A DNA stretch of 11,489 nucleotides, taken from positions 1-11,489 of the forward strand of contig JAAOMT010000428.1 in assembly GCA_016748015.1 (NCBI GenBank). Reading direction: 5' to 3'. The stretch comes from Geosiphon pyriformis uo1 (lineage: Eukaryota > Fungi > Glomeromycota). Below the pieces are notes generated by a model. That model had not been told where the DNA came from. It saw only the letters and a list, made by a program, of their open reading frames with translations, and ran no database searches. How positions within the stretch are numbered: position 1 is the first letter of the stretch; each line of letters opens with the position of its first letter. The translations under genes and the position numbers were made by a program. Below are positions 1-10,039 of this stretch, piece after piece.

Positions 1-762
1 AAAGTTGGCCGTGGTCTTCTTATCGATAGAAGAGGAATGTTTCCAACAAACCCCTTGCGGCACACCAGAAGATCGAAGATCTATCGTGTGATCAGCGAAA
101 GTTGGCCGTGGTCTTCTTAGCGATAGAAGAGGAATGTTTACAACAAACCCCTTGCGGCACGCCAGATGATTGAAATCTATCGGGTGATCAGCGAAAGTTG
201 GCCGTGGTCTTCTTATCGATAGAAGAGGAATGTTTCCAACAAACCCCTTGCGGCACACCAGAAGATCGAAGATCTATCGTGTGATCAGCGAAAGTTGGCC
301 GTGGTCTTCTTAGCGATAGAAGAGGAATGTTTACAACAAACCCCTTGCGGCACGCCAGATGATTGAAATCTATCGGGTGATCAGCGAAAGTTGGCCGTGG
401 TCTTCTTATCGATAGAAGAGGAATGTTTCCAACAAACCCCTTGCGGCACACCAGAAGATCGAAGATCTATCGGGTGATCAGCGAAAGTTGGCCGTGGTCT
501 TCTTAGCGATAGAAGAGGAATGTTTCTAACAAACCCCTTGCGGCACGCCAGATGATTTAAATCTATCGGGTGAATAGCGAAAGTTGGCCGTGGTCTTATC
601 GATTGAAGAGGAATATTTACAACAAACCCCTTGCGGCACACCAGAAGATCGAAGATCTATCGGGTGTTCAACGAAGTTGGCTGTGGTCTTCTTAACGATA
701 GAAGAGGAATGTTTCCAACAAACCTCTTACGGCACAATAGATGATTGAAGGACTATCGCGTG
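1..762. repeat. Tandem array of 96/97-bp units with a 193-bp A/B higher-order dimer; probably continues beyond the left edge
   Basis: Units beginning (A)AAGTTGGCCGTGGTC start at 1, 98, 194, 291, 387, 484, 580 and 674, giving lengths 97, 96, 97, 96, 97, 96, 94 and a degenerate terminal unit. A units carry TATCGAT/TTCCAAC/CACACC/GAAGATCGAAGATC. B units carry TAGCGAT/TTACAAC/CACGCC/GATGATTGAAATC. 1-193 and 194-386 appear identical by eye. Confidence 0.97.
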
Positions 763-861
763 CACATTTTTCTTCTTGATTAATCGCAAATACAAACTTG
801 ATCATGTGACAATACTTATATATACATGATTTTTATAGATAACTTATTTATAGCAAAAGGC

Positions 862-901
862 CTTTGTCCTCCCTTCCTGCCCTTCCTCTCTCTCTCTCTT
901 T
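862..901. repeat. Polypyrimidine tract with (CT)n microsatellite between the two array blocks
   Basis: CTTTGTCCTCCCTTCCTGCCCTTCCTCTCTCTCTCTCTTT read directly. Confidence 0.8.
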
Positions 902-937
902 GTTCTTATGTATCTTTTTCAAGGTGAGTTTCGCTGG

Positions 938-1199
938 AAAGTCTGCCGTGGTCTTTTAACGATGAAAAAGGAATGTTTCTAACAAACCTCTTGCGGCACA
1001 CCAGATGATTGAAGGTCTATCAGGTGTTCAACGAAGTTGGCCATGGTCTTCTTAACGATAGAAGAGGAATGTTTCCAACAAACCCCTTAGGGCATACCAG
1101 ATTATTAAATGTCTATCGCGTGCACATTTTTCTTCTTGATTAATCGCAAATACAAACTTGATCATGTGACAATACTCATATATACATGTTTTTATAGAT
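938..1199. repeat. Second, diverged copy of the array end: two repeat units plus ~80-bp tail, duplicate of ~580-840
   Basis: Units start at 938 and 1034. The tail TGCACATTTTTCTTCTTGATTAATCGCAAATACAAACTTGATCATGTGACAATAC begins at both 761 and 1121, an offset of exactly 360 bp. Confidence 0.95.
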
Positions 1200-1411
1200 G
1201 ACAAAAGTCCTTGAAACCTTGAAAGCAATAAAAGTAATTTTGAAAAGTTTTTAGCCCTTCTTTATTTCTGTAATGTTTTATTATGTACAATATTTAAAGA
1301 ATTATATAATAAAACTTGGAATTAGATAATAACTAATAATAAAGCTCTGAATAAAATCTTAATTTAACTAATAAATAAATTTTTGTAAATTTAAATTCGT
1401 TTTATAAGAGA

Positions 1412-2029
1412 CATATGTCGTTTGTATATTGTAATGATAAAATTAGCTTGAGATTGTGTTAAAAGCTAGCCAGCTTACAAACCCAAAGCTGTAAAATAGT
1501 TTCATACGTTGATCTTTAATGGTATTTCATAGGCCGGAATAATTTTTTTCGTCCAGAAAATTGTCAAACTTTTAATGTTGGGTGGTTAGATGAAATGTTC
1601 TGTTGTCTGAAAATACAACTCGATTCCAGTCAAAACCTTTATGATTTTTAGCCCACCGCAAGCAATTTTTTTATGTTTGTCAGTGAGTAAAGGTTTGGAA
1701 AGCCTAGCTATATTTAGCTTTATCTTCACATAAACGTTGTTGAATAAGGTCTATACTAATGTTAAACTTTCGTTTTTCATTTCCCGCTCTATATCAGTGG
1801 TAGTTAGATGAATTTATTTTTACAAGTTATACAATGTTTAAGGGCCATGATTCGATTTCGACCAGCTTTTGGTTGATCACTTAGGTCTTAACCTAATGAA
1901 GTGCTGTAGACTTACAGCAATGGATATACTTTGCTGCGGCTATTAATCCAAATTTCGGGGCCTTTGGGATGTTTATTTGATAAAACGATTTTCTATCCCT
2001 TGAGTATTGGACGAGAAATTTTGCGTCAT
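1412..2029 (-). pseudogene. Decayed, 3'-truncated Tc1-like (IS630-Tc1-mariner) transposase
   Basis: Manual minus-strand translation across frameshifts gives HPKGP/KFGLIAAAKYIHCCKSTA (HTH-like), DLSDQPKAGRNRI (GRPR-like linker), TTTDIEREMK/KRKFNISIDLIQQRLCEDKAKYS, SKPLLTDKHKK/CLRWAKNHKGFDWNRVVFSD (first catalytic D at 1605-1607), then KV*QFSGRKKLFR, LKINV* and ANFIITIYKRH. The second D and the E are absent. Confidence 0.88.
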
Positions 2030-3631
2030 AGAACTTGATGATTATAAAATACCTGATATAGAAGATCTATTAATCTATAAAAGGTATGAATGATCAGCAA
2101 AGATGTCATTTTTCATCTTGGAAAATCTTAGCTCCAAATTTGTTCTACAAAGAGTGGGATACTTTTGCTTACCTGACATCAATATTATAATCCGGTTATC
2201 CTGAAGCAATAAAAGTTCAATTGTTCTTTAAACAAATTTAATATATTAGTGTCAAAGTAAAACATGTTGTATGACAATATATTTTTTCGTTTTGAACATT
2301 TTGGTCAGCTAGAATTATGTAAATTTGAAAAATTTATCTTTAAGATGTAATATTAAAAAATTAGGTAAAAATCCTATCCAGGCATTCAACCATATGTAAA
2401 AAAGGGAAGGAAATTTTATCATGATGAAAATTTTCAACGCCCACTTTAGAGGTTATTAAAAAAAGCAGCATTAAATTGATAAAAAATTATTAGATAATAA
2501 ATTAAACTAAATAAGATTAGTATTCTATTTCAAAATTTTTGTGGTAAACTCTAAACAAGTTCATGAGAAAAAACAAACGTTTAAGTTTGGAAGCAGATGA
2601 ATTAAGGATAAGAAAATGAAAATTATCAGTTATCAGTTATCTTTTATGATGACTGTATGTTTTTAGATCATTCAAGTTTTTCTAAAATTAGTCAAGTCTG
2701 TGCTTTGGTGTTTCTCTTATTTTAATTTTTATTATTTAAAAAAAGGATTTTGATTTCTATATTAAAAAAGAATTGAAAAATATTACTTATTTCAATACCG
2801 AATTATTTAGAAAATAAAGACTAATCTTATTTTTTCATCTATTTTTTGCCGCTTGATTTAAAAAATCTAGTAAAACCATCAGACAGTTAAAATTACATGT
2901 ATTTCCAATCAAAATTTCAAACCAGGTCTTTGATAATTTCTGTAGAAGATGCAAACCTTTAAAAAACTAATTCAATGGAACATTAACATTTCAAATAGAA
3001 TGATTGCATGTTTATCGCCTAGATAAATCACAATTAAAAAAAATAAAAGATTATTGGTAATTTTTTTTATCTAATTGTTAAATAAGATAACTTGATGCGA
3101 AATGGTTCCAAAATATCCAAGAATTGTAGCCAAAATTAAGTAATAATTAATTAATTCTTAATTTCCCTTTTTTTATGTACATGTTAGCTCGAAATTTAAA
3201 CAGCGTATAAATTTTTGGATTTTCTGTATTTAATTATATTTTCCAACATTAGTTTCTATTTTTTCAAGTAATAGTTAAAATCTTCAATTGAGACAAAAAA
3301 TTAAAAATAATATTTTACTTATTTTTTATGTAATTTATTTATTCTTGGCAAGGTTTTTACTTTGAAAAAAATTTACCTATCTTCCATTATAAACAATAGG
3401 GTTTCCGAAAAAACAAACAAATAATTTATAAAAAATTTATATATTTTTTATCTAATATCGTTGGGAAGGTCGCGAATAATTAAGAAACAAAAAAAAAATT
3501 TTCTACCATTCAAATCGCTTAGAATTAATATTTAATATTGAAGTAAGGCTATTCTAAATAATAAAAAAGACTTTCAATTCATCCCTTCAAAATTCTGCTT
3601 AATCAAGTCGCGATTAAAAATAAATATTATA

Positions 3632-4258
3632 ACCTTGAGGTCTTGGCTGAGATTGCAAATCTTGGCTACTGTCTGGATTTAAATAAGATGAACTATTTAA
3701 AAAATTTGACAATAAAATTAATGGCAAAAATATTTTATTACCTTGAGATAGCTTTTGAATAAAGCATAATTAAGCCAGAGACAAGCAATTCTTGTTCCAT
3801 TTTCTTTTCAAGAAATCAAAAAGAAGCCTTCATTAGTTGTTGATCAAGAATAGTTTGAAGACATTAAGCAAATGATAAATTCTATTTTTAAAACACCGCC
3901 ACCAAAATTCAAATTGGATGGATTTATATTTGTGGTTATTCCATTGTAGAGGGTATACTTAATTTTCCAAATTTAAATTGATAAGCTATTTTTTATTAAA
4001 CTCTTTAGATCTTGAAATATTTATTTCTCTTTTATTCGATACAGTATATGCTATTTTAGCAGCTCAATATATCAGATTATATAGAATAATATTATAAGAA
4101 ACCAATAGTAAATAATCTTTGGCACAATATACAACACGGTCAGTAACCTCTGAAGCACCATGAATTGGAAATTCAGTATTCGCCCAATTACTTAAATGAA
4201 ATCAATATTGCCAACTACCATTTTACACATGGGAATGGCCATATGCCTTATTTTTCTC
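3632..4258 (-). pseudogene. Possible decayed intron-containing gene of unknown function
   Basis: One minus frame reads EKNKAYGHSHV*NGSWQY*FHLSNWANTEFPIHGASEVTDRVVYCAKDY...VYPLQWNNHKYKSIQFEFWWRCFKNRIYHLL, then shifts to LQTILDQQLMKASF*FLEKKMEQELLVSGLIMLYSKAIS. A GTAATA...AAATAG intron-like segment (~3692-3741) and a short exon SSYLNPDSSQDLQSQPRPQ follow. There are several stops, no family was recognised, and a plus-strand reading is not excluded. Confidence 0.3.
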
Positions 4259-5776
4259 CTAAAATGATAGAAGAGCATTTAATGAAACGGAAATTTAGAT
4301 AAGTCTAAAACTAATTGTGAATGTAAAAGGGATAAATTTAACATTTATAATTGTCAAGGTAATTGTATTTTGCCAAGAGCTCTATAAGTTTAAAAAAACC
4401 TCTTAAGCTACTTCAATTCATAAAATTTTTTATTTAGTATGATCCAAATCTAAGATTTTGATTCACTAGTGAACTATTTTTTGCATTAGAATACAAAATC
4501 ACAAAAAAATTTCATCTTCTATGTTCAAATTTTTTTTTCTATTAATCAAATCAAAATTTACAGCTTAAAAAAAATAACAAAAGCTATATTGACACACATA
4601 TTCCTGTTAAAATAATTTAGATTTCTTGTTATCATCTCTTTTATCAACTTAACTTTCTAATCTATAGCGCGAGCTGGTTATAATAGCTAAGGACTAAGTA
4701 AATAAAAGTCTGAAGTATTATTAATCCTGTTATTTAAAGATATTGTTCTAATATAATTGAGAATAATGGTTTGAAGTGTCAATATGACTGGTTGACCAAT
4801 TTCTGAGAATATAATTGTATAATTAAAAGTTTTTTCTATAGAATGCTTTGTGTGTATTATTCTAGTTATTGTAAAAATATATGTTAACTAATTGTGAAAA
4901 TTTTATACTAAACTTTTTTCTATTGCTACTTGTGATCTACTTTGTATATCTCAATAAAGACAATCATCCAAGTTTCCAAAACATCACTAAGAATATGAAA
5001 TTGTATTCTATGAGTTATATATTAGTCTTCTTGTAGAAATATATGTATTTATGCTTTTCAATTCTACTGATTGCAATGGTATATTAAATGAGTTTATCAT
5101 ATATAATCTTGCTGTATCATTATAAAGATTACTAGGTTTTGCCACCATTTATTTAAGGATAATATCTTCAAGTTTTCTCTAAGTCCTCCTGATAAATAAG
5201 AGAAATAAAAATGGAAAACCTCATTTTGTCATTTCTTGAAAAACAAGTGATTAAATTATATAAAAGGTTTTAAGAAGGATATTTGATTGGTTATTTTATT
5301 ATTGCTTGATGTTAGCAATTTTTAAAGTTATTACCAAACTATTATCCTTTAAAAAAATTTATTTAGAAATACTTAAATTAATTATGATATTTTATTATAC
5401 ATCAATCTCTTACATGTTTTATATTGATTATCTCAAATTTCTGAGTTAAAATTCAATAGGCTTAAACAATAAGCAGTAAATAGTAAGAGTTTATTAAAAT
5501 TGGCAACGGGTGAACATTTTTGGCATTGTAAGAACCTTTTCTTGATAGCTTTGTTATATACTAATAAAGTTTTATTCTTATATAGACTAGGTAGATATAG
5601 AAAAAATAATTAACAAATATGGTGAGCTTAAACATACAAGAGTATTAGGAATCATAGCAAAGAAAATTCTAATAACTCCTTTAGTATTACAAAAGTAGTA
5701 CCTGTTACTCGCTAGTCAATTATCACAAATGCTTTTGCTAATCATGCTGGGTTATATCTTCTCACCTCTTCCTTTC

Positions 5777-5814
5777 ACTAAACTAAACTAAACTAAACGA
5801 AACTATAACTAAAC
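5777..5814. repeat. (ACTAA)n pentanucleotide microsatellite flanked by CT-rich tracts
   Basis: ACTAA x4, then ACGAA, ACTAT, AACTAAAC. Confidence 0.85.
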
Positions 5815-5998
5815 AACTCTCTTCTCTACCACTTTTTACTCTTGCAAGATATAAATAACAGACTAACAATTATTAATTCCAAATTACCTAGCCCTGAAAT
5901 TTAATTTCAATTATTTGTTTGTTTATTATTGTTGAATTGTTAATGACACTGGTAATTCAAGTTTTAATGCTTCTTGAATTCATGGGTCATTATTCGTA

Positions 5999-6133
5999 CT
6001 GATTATAGATATTTATGTTCATGAGTTGGTGGAAGTCAGTAATTTTGCCCTGATTATAGGTTTTTATGTTCATGAGTTAGTGGGCACGGGTATTTTATAC
6101 TGGTTATAGATGTTTATGTTCGTGAACTAATAG
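5999..6133. repeat. Degenerate ~51-bp minisatellite (about 2.7 copies)
   Basis: A core CTG(A/G)TTATAG...TTTATGTTC(A/G)TGA starts at 5999, 6050 and 6100 (periods 51 and 50). Confidence 0.85.
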
Positions 6134-6279
6134 AAAAGTATTACCCTTTCCTTGATATAATTAGTTATATGTAGGAAAAAAATTACTTGCAGGGTTTATC
6201 AAAAATTATGTGTTTGTATTTTATGCGAATACAAGAATAAAAGGGTGAGGTAACTAGACTTTTTAAGCATGTTTTCTAT

Positions 6280-6599
6280 CTAAGTTTTAAACAAAGTATT
6301 ACCTTCTGAAACCTTTGTTATCAGTTGTGAAATTTTTCTTGATAATAAATGACTCTTGTTTATTTTAAAATGACTACAGAAATCTTCATAATTCATTTTC
6401 ATCGACTTTTTTATCTTAAAATAACTAAAATTCACATCCCTTAAATCATGAGACAGATAAAAAACAATGTAAATGGTCATAGCAGGGGCAGTCATTAAGA
6501 ACATGAGCATCTATATCTCGTAGCAGAAAAAAATCAATACATTAGACAGAATAATATAAATGGTCACAGCATAAAGAAGATGGTGTTCATATTTTATAG
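6280..6599 (-). pseudogene. Possible decayed coding fragment, including the listed 76-aa ORF and an upstream Cys/His-rich duplicated motif in another frame
   Basis: The ORF track gives 6280-6510. A different frame gives SLCCDHLYYSV*CIDFFLLRDIDAHVLNDCPCYDHLHCF. No family recognised. Confidence 0.25.
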
Positions 6600-7029
6600 C
6601 TGAAAAAAATTAAAAAATACAATGCGAAGCGCCTCCAAACATAAAAAGTTTTCATATATTAGATATGGTGAGAATGAATAATATTACTCTAATATAATAG
6701 ATGTTTTTCTCTTATTTTCTTTGATTATAGGGTCTGATCTAATGTTTGAAAGTATTAGTGTTTCGGTGTCACACTGGCATCTCTCCCCTCCTATAATTTT
6801 ATCATTGATAGAAATAAACCTTTATTGTATTTTAGAAATACCATAGTCTCTTTAAATTATTTTCACCAATGTAAAAATAATCCTTATAGCTTTCAGGTTC
6901 ATGCTGATACATGTATAATGAAATTATGATAAATTGTATATAAAGTTAAAATTCCTTGTAATTAAGTTATTTTTCTATTTGAGAATGGGAAAAATATTTA
7001 AATACTTTTATATTGTCAGTTTTTTTATA

Positions 7030-7489
7030 AACGAAAGCATCATATATCAATTACGTATGTGTAAAGAGCATATGATTTTCGGCCATCCTCCTAGAATCGG
7101 TTCTTGATCTCTAGACAATTTAGAGCTACAGAAACTGGCAATAATTTTTTTGAAAAATTTAATGTGTAGAAGGGGAACGTCCTAAAAAAAATTAAGTGAG
7201 TCTGTTAAATAATGTGTATTGCCAAAAATTATATTCTATATGCATATTATTTGAATTTAAATTTATATTATTAAACATTAACAATTTTTTTTAATAAAAA
7301 ATTTTTATATTTTAACTCCAGTGTAGAACTTCGCTATTCGTGATTCAAAGAATGGGTTGATCAGATATTCGAGATTCTTATTAGTGAATCTTTATAACTA
7401 GTATTTTCAACATCAATTCAATTTAAGTGGATTATAAAATAGAATACTTATTAAAAAATTTCTTTGCAAATTTTCCTATACATTGGAAA
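7030..7489 (+). pseudogene. Possible decayed two-exon gene fragment of unknown function
   Basis: Donor GTGAGT at 7196, an AT-rich 126-nt intron, and acceptor TTTTAACTCCAG ending at 7321. Splicing keeps a frame reading AYDFRPSS*NRFLISRQFRATETGNNFFEKFNV*KGNVLKKIN/VELRYS*FKEWVDQIFEILISESL, which contains several stops. Confidence 0.35.
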
Positions 7490-9177
7490 GTATAATTTTA
7501 GTTTAAAATTACTTTGGCATTGATGTTATATTATTTTGACTCATAATATTTTCGTATTTATTAAAAAAATGGTTTTTGAATTATAAAAAATACTTTCAAT
7601 TCGCATAAAATAGAATATTAATAAGGTTTCCATGTTATATAATGATTTAATACAAATATGCTTATCACTTCTCTTGCTTCCGGTTTTTTATTGATGTTTT
7701 ACACTTTTAATTAAGTAGAGATTGTTATAAAGTAGAATTTCTGACAAGTTTTAAGTTAAACTACTTTTGAATTATTAAAATTTACGTTCTCTTGATTTTT
7801 TATCATATATTTCTGGATGAGTATTTGATAAGACAACTAATATATAACATAAATAAAAATTGTAGCATAAATAATTTATATACCATTTATTGATTTTATA
7901 TTTGAAGATTTTAAAAATTTTTTTAATGAAGTTGACTTTTTTTATTGGAGAATATTTAATATTAAATAATTAATACCAATTATTATAAGATTAATTATTA
8001 CATAGTAATTCATAAATATAAATTTTTGTACTTTTCATTTATTAAAATATGTATCAGATTATTTTTTTATAATTTTATTTTATAAATATGTCTATAATAT
8101 TAAGCAGTAAATATAAAGGAATACCACATATGAAAATTATTTTATTAAAATTGATTAATATGATTATTCATAATAAAAGTAAAATATAAAGCTGAGTTTC
8201 ATTACTATTGTTACTTAGTTTATGACACTTGTTAGTTTTTAATCTAGCAACAACAAAAATAAATATTTTGTTATATGTTGAAAACAAGTTAACAAATTTT
8301 CAAATATTAACTTAACAAAAAATTTGAAGTAATTATAATTTTTTGTTACTTAAGTTGTTAATATATATGTGAATATAACTTTTTAAAGTTTCTTACAAAA
8401 AATCATTCGCTTTCCAATTAAATCACAAGTCTTTCTTTGAATCAATTATTTTTTTATTTGTATTTGTTAGAATTAGTTTAAAAAGAAAAAAACTTGTTGT
8501 ATTGAATTTTAAAATTGTTTATTGAGATATAAAAATTTTTTTTATTGATAATCACAAACTATTTTTATATTTTGTTATTTTGAAAATTAATATTCCAAAA
8601 TTGTTTTTTCAATTAAATTACCTAGAAATTTAATTTGTTTTTTATTTAACCCAATTTCCAAATTAATTTGTTATATTGACTTATAAAATGAAAATTCACA
8701 AAAACAATTCCTTTATTTTCTAAGCAGATTTTAACAATAATATAAAAATTTATAATAATTAATTTTACACAAAGATTTATAAATTTAATTTGAATATTAT
8801 AAAATAGTATTAAGGTTTAAAAAGTCTTATTTATATATTTAATAAAAAGAACTAATGACCTAATAAGTGACAGAGTCAATATTTTATTCAACAAAAAATT
8901 CATTGATTAAATCAAAAATTTGGTTAAAAAAATATAAAATATAAATGGCTAATACCAAATTAAAAAAAATTAAGATAATTAAGTATGAATGTCAAACTAA
9001 AAACATATTTGAAAACAAAACTATTAAATTGGCTTTAAGAAGTTAAAAATATGACCAATGAATATATAATGTGACAATAAAAATTAAATTTGTAAATAGA
9101 TCACAGTTTCACACGGAATCTTATAATTAATATATTGTTAGGAAGGCTAAAAGCCACTGATTTTATTAATATAAAAT

Positions 9178-10039
9178 TTAACGTGGATTTCGTTCGCCTT
9201 TACTCTTGATAATCAACTCATAACGCCGCAACATTGAATTTACTAAATTGTTTAGCATGGTTTTTGCAAAGAATTCCATCGCTGCAAATCATCCATATTT
9301 TGTGACATTCGTTTTTCTATTTCACGTTTAGCGATTGCCCACAGATTTTCAATAGAATTTAGATTCCGAACTAGACGATGGCCAGTCAATAACTTGAAGT
9401 ACATTTTCTGCAAGAAACACCATAGCTACTCGACCTGTATACTTAGAATCATTATCTTATTAAATGCACCCTTTCTTCCCAAGTATTCTATTAACTTTTC
9501 CGATATGTTGTTGCAATATTGCAATATAAAACTTAACAAGCATAATATTCCAAAACAAGTAAACTGGTGTATCTTTTCATACCATACAAATATTTTGTAA
9601 ATCTTTTCGTCGTGGCCAATTTCCCTTGTACCAATGTTGAATTCTATTGGGAACAGTTAAAATGCTTCTTTATCAGAAATAAGGGTTTTCTGGTTACCAT
9701 TAAGATAAAATTTGGCCAATTCCACTCATTCTTGCCTTTGAATTTGCCTGAGCATTTACATAGTAATTCGTTGCTTTTCATACATCCAAGTAATTTTTAA
9801 ATGTCTGCCAATTGTGCGATTGGAAAGACAAGAATTTTATCAACATATTGACCCTACTTTTCTCAATATATGTTCATGATTTTTCTATGATGACTACTAC
9901 TGTCTTTGTGCTCAATCCTTTCTATTTTCTCCAACTTTTTGACATTGTAGAGTAAGTAGTTTAGTGATTTTACTTTGGAGATCAGCTTTTGCTTGCTATA
10001 TTCTTTAACTGACAGCTTTATTTCTAATGGTGATCTTAT
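9178..10039 (-). pseudogene. Decayed near-full-length Tc1-like DD34E transposase
   Basis: Minus-strand translation across frameshifts gives IRSPLEI...LYNVKKLEK...GQYV/SCLSNRTIGRHLK, KTLISDKEAF (D at 9672-9674), KIFVW, FYIAILQQHI, DNDSKYTGRVAMVFLAENVLQVIDWPSSS/LNSIENLWAI and NLVNSMLRRYELIIKSKGERNPR*. The second D is at 9454-9456 and the E at 9348-9350, 103 nt apart, i.e. 34 codons plus 1 inserted base. These match the Tc1 motifs DNDPKH, WPSxSPDLNPIENLW and SMxRR. Confidence 0.93.

Noticed and set aside
1-110. HDV-like ribozyme (GGCCG start, GCGAA, CCAAC/GTTGG pairing)
   Set aside because: No P3/L3 or P1.1 elements could be placed.
160-215. Hammerhead ribozyme (CAGATGA...CGAAA resembles CUGAUGA...GAAA)
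   Set aside because: The invariant U4 is A, there is no proper closing pair for stem II, and I could not build stems I and III around a UH site on either strand.
188-641. Listed ORFs 188-451 and 381-641 as genes
   Set aside because: They are by-products of the 193-bp period, start at GTG inside repeat units and shift frame every dimer.
1-762. CRISPR array
   Set aside because: Whole units repeat with no unique spacers, there are no cas genes, and the context is eukaryotic.
8313-8348. 12-bp inverted repeat TAACAAAAAATT/AATTTTTTGTTA
   Set aside because: It is low complexity within an extremely AT-rich tract, with no TSD or element structure.
9511-9524. Palindrome TTGCAATATTGCAA
   Set aside because: It lies within Tc1 coding sequence (IAILQ) and is probably incidental.
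9394-9800. Listed plus-strand ORFs 9394-9600 and 9567-9800
   Set aside because: They are antisense shadows of the Tc1 transposase pseudogene.
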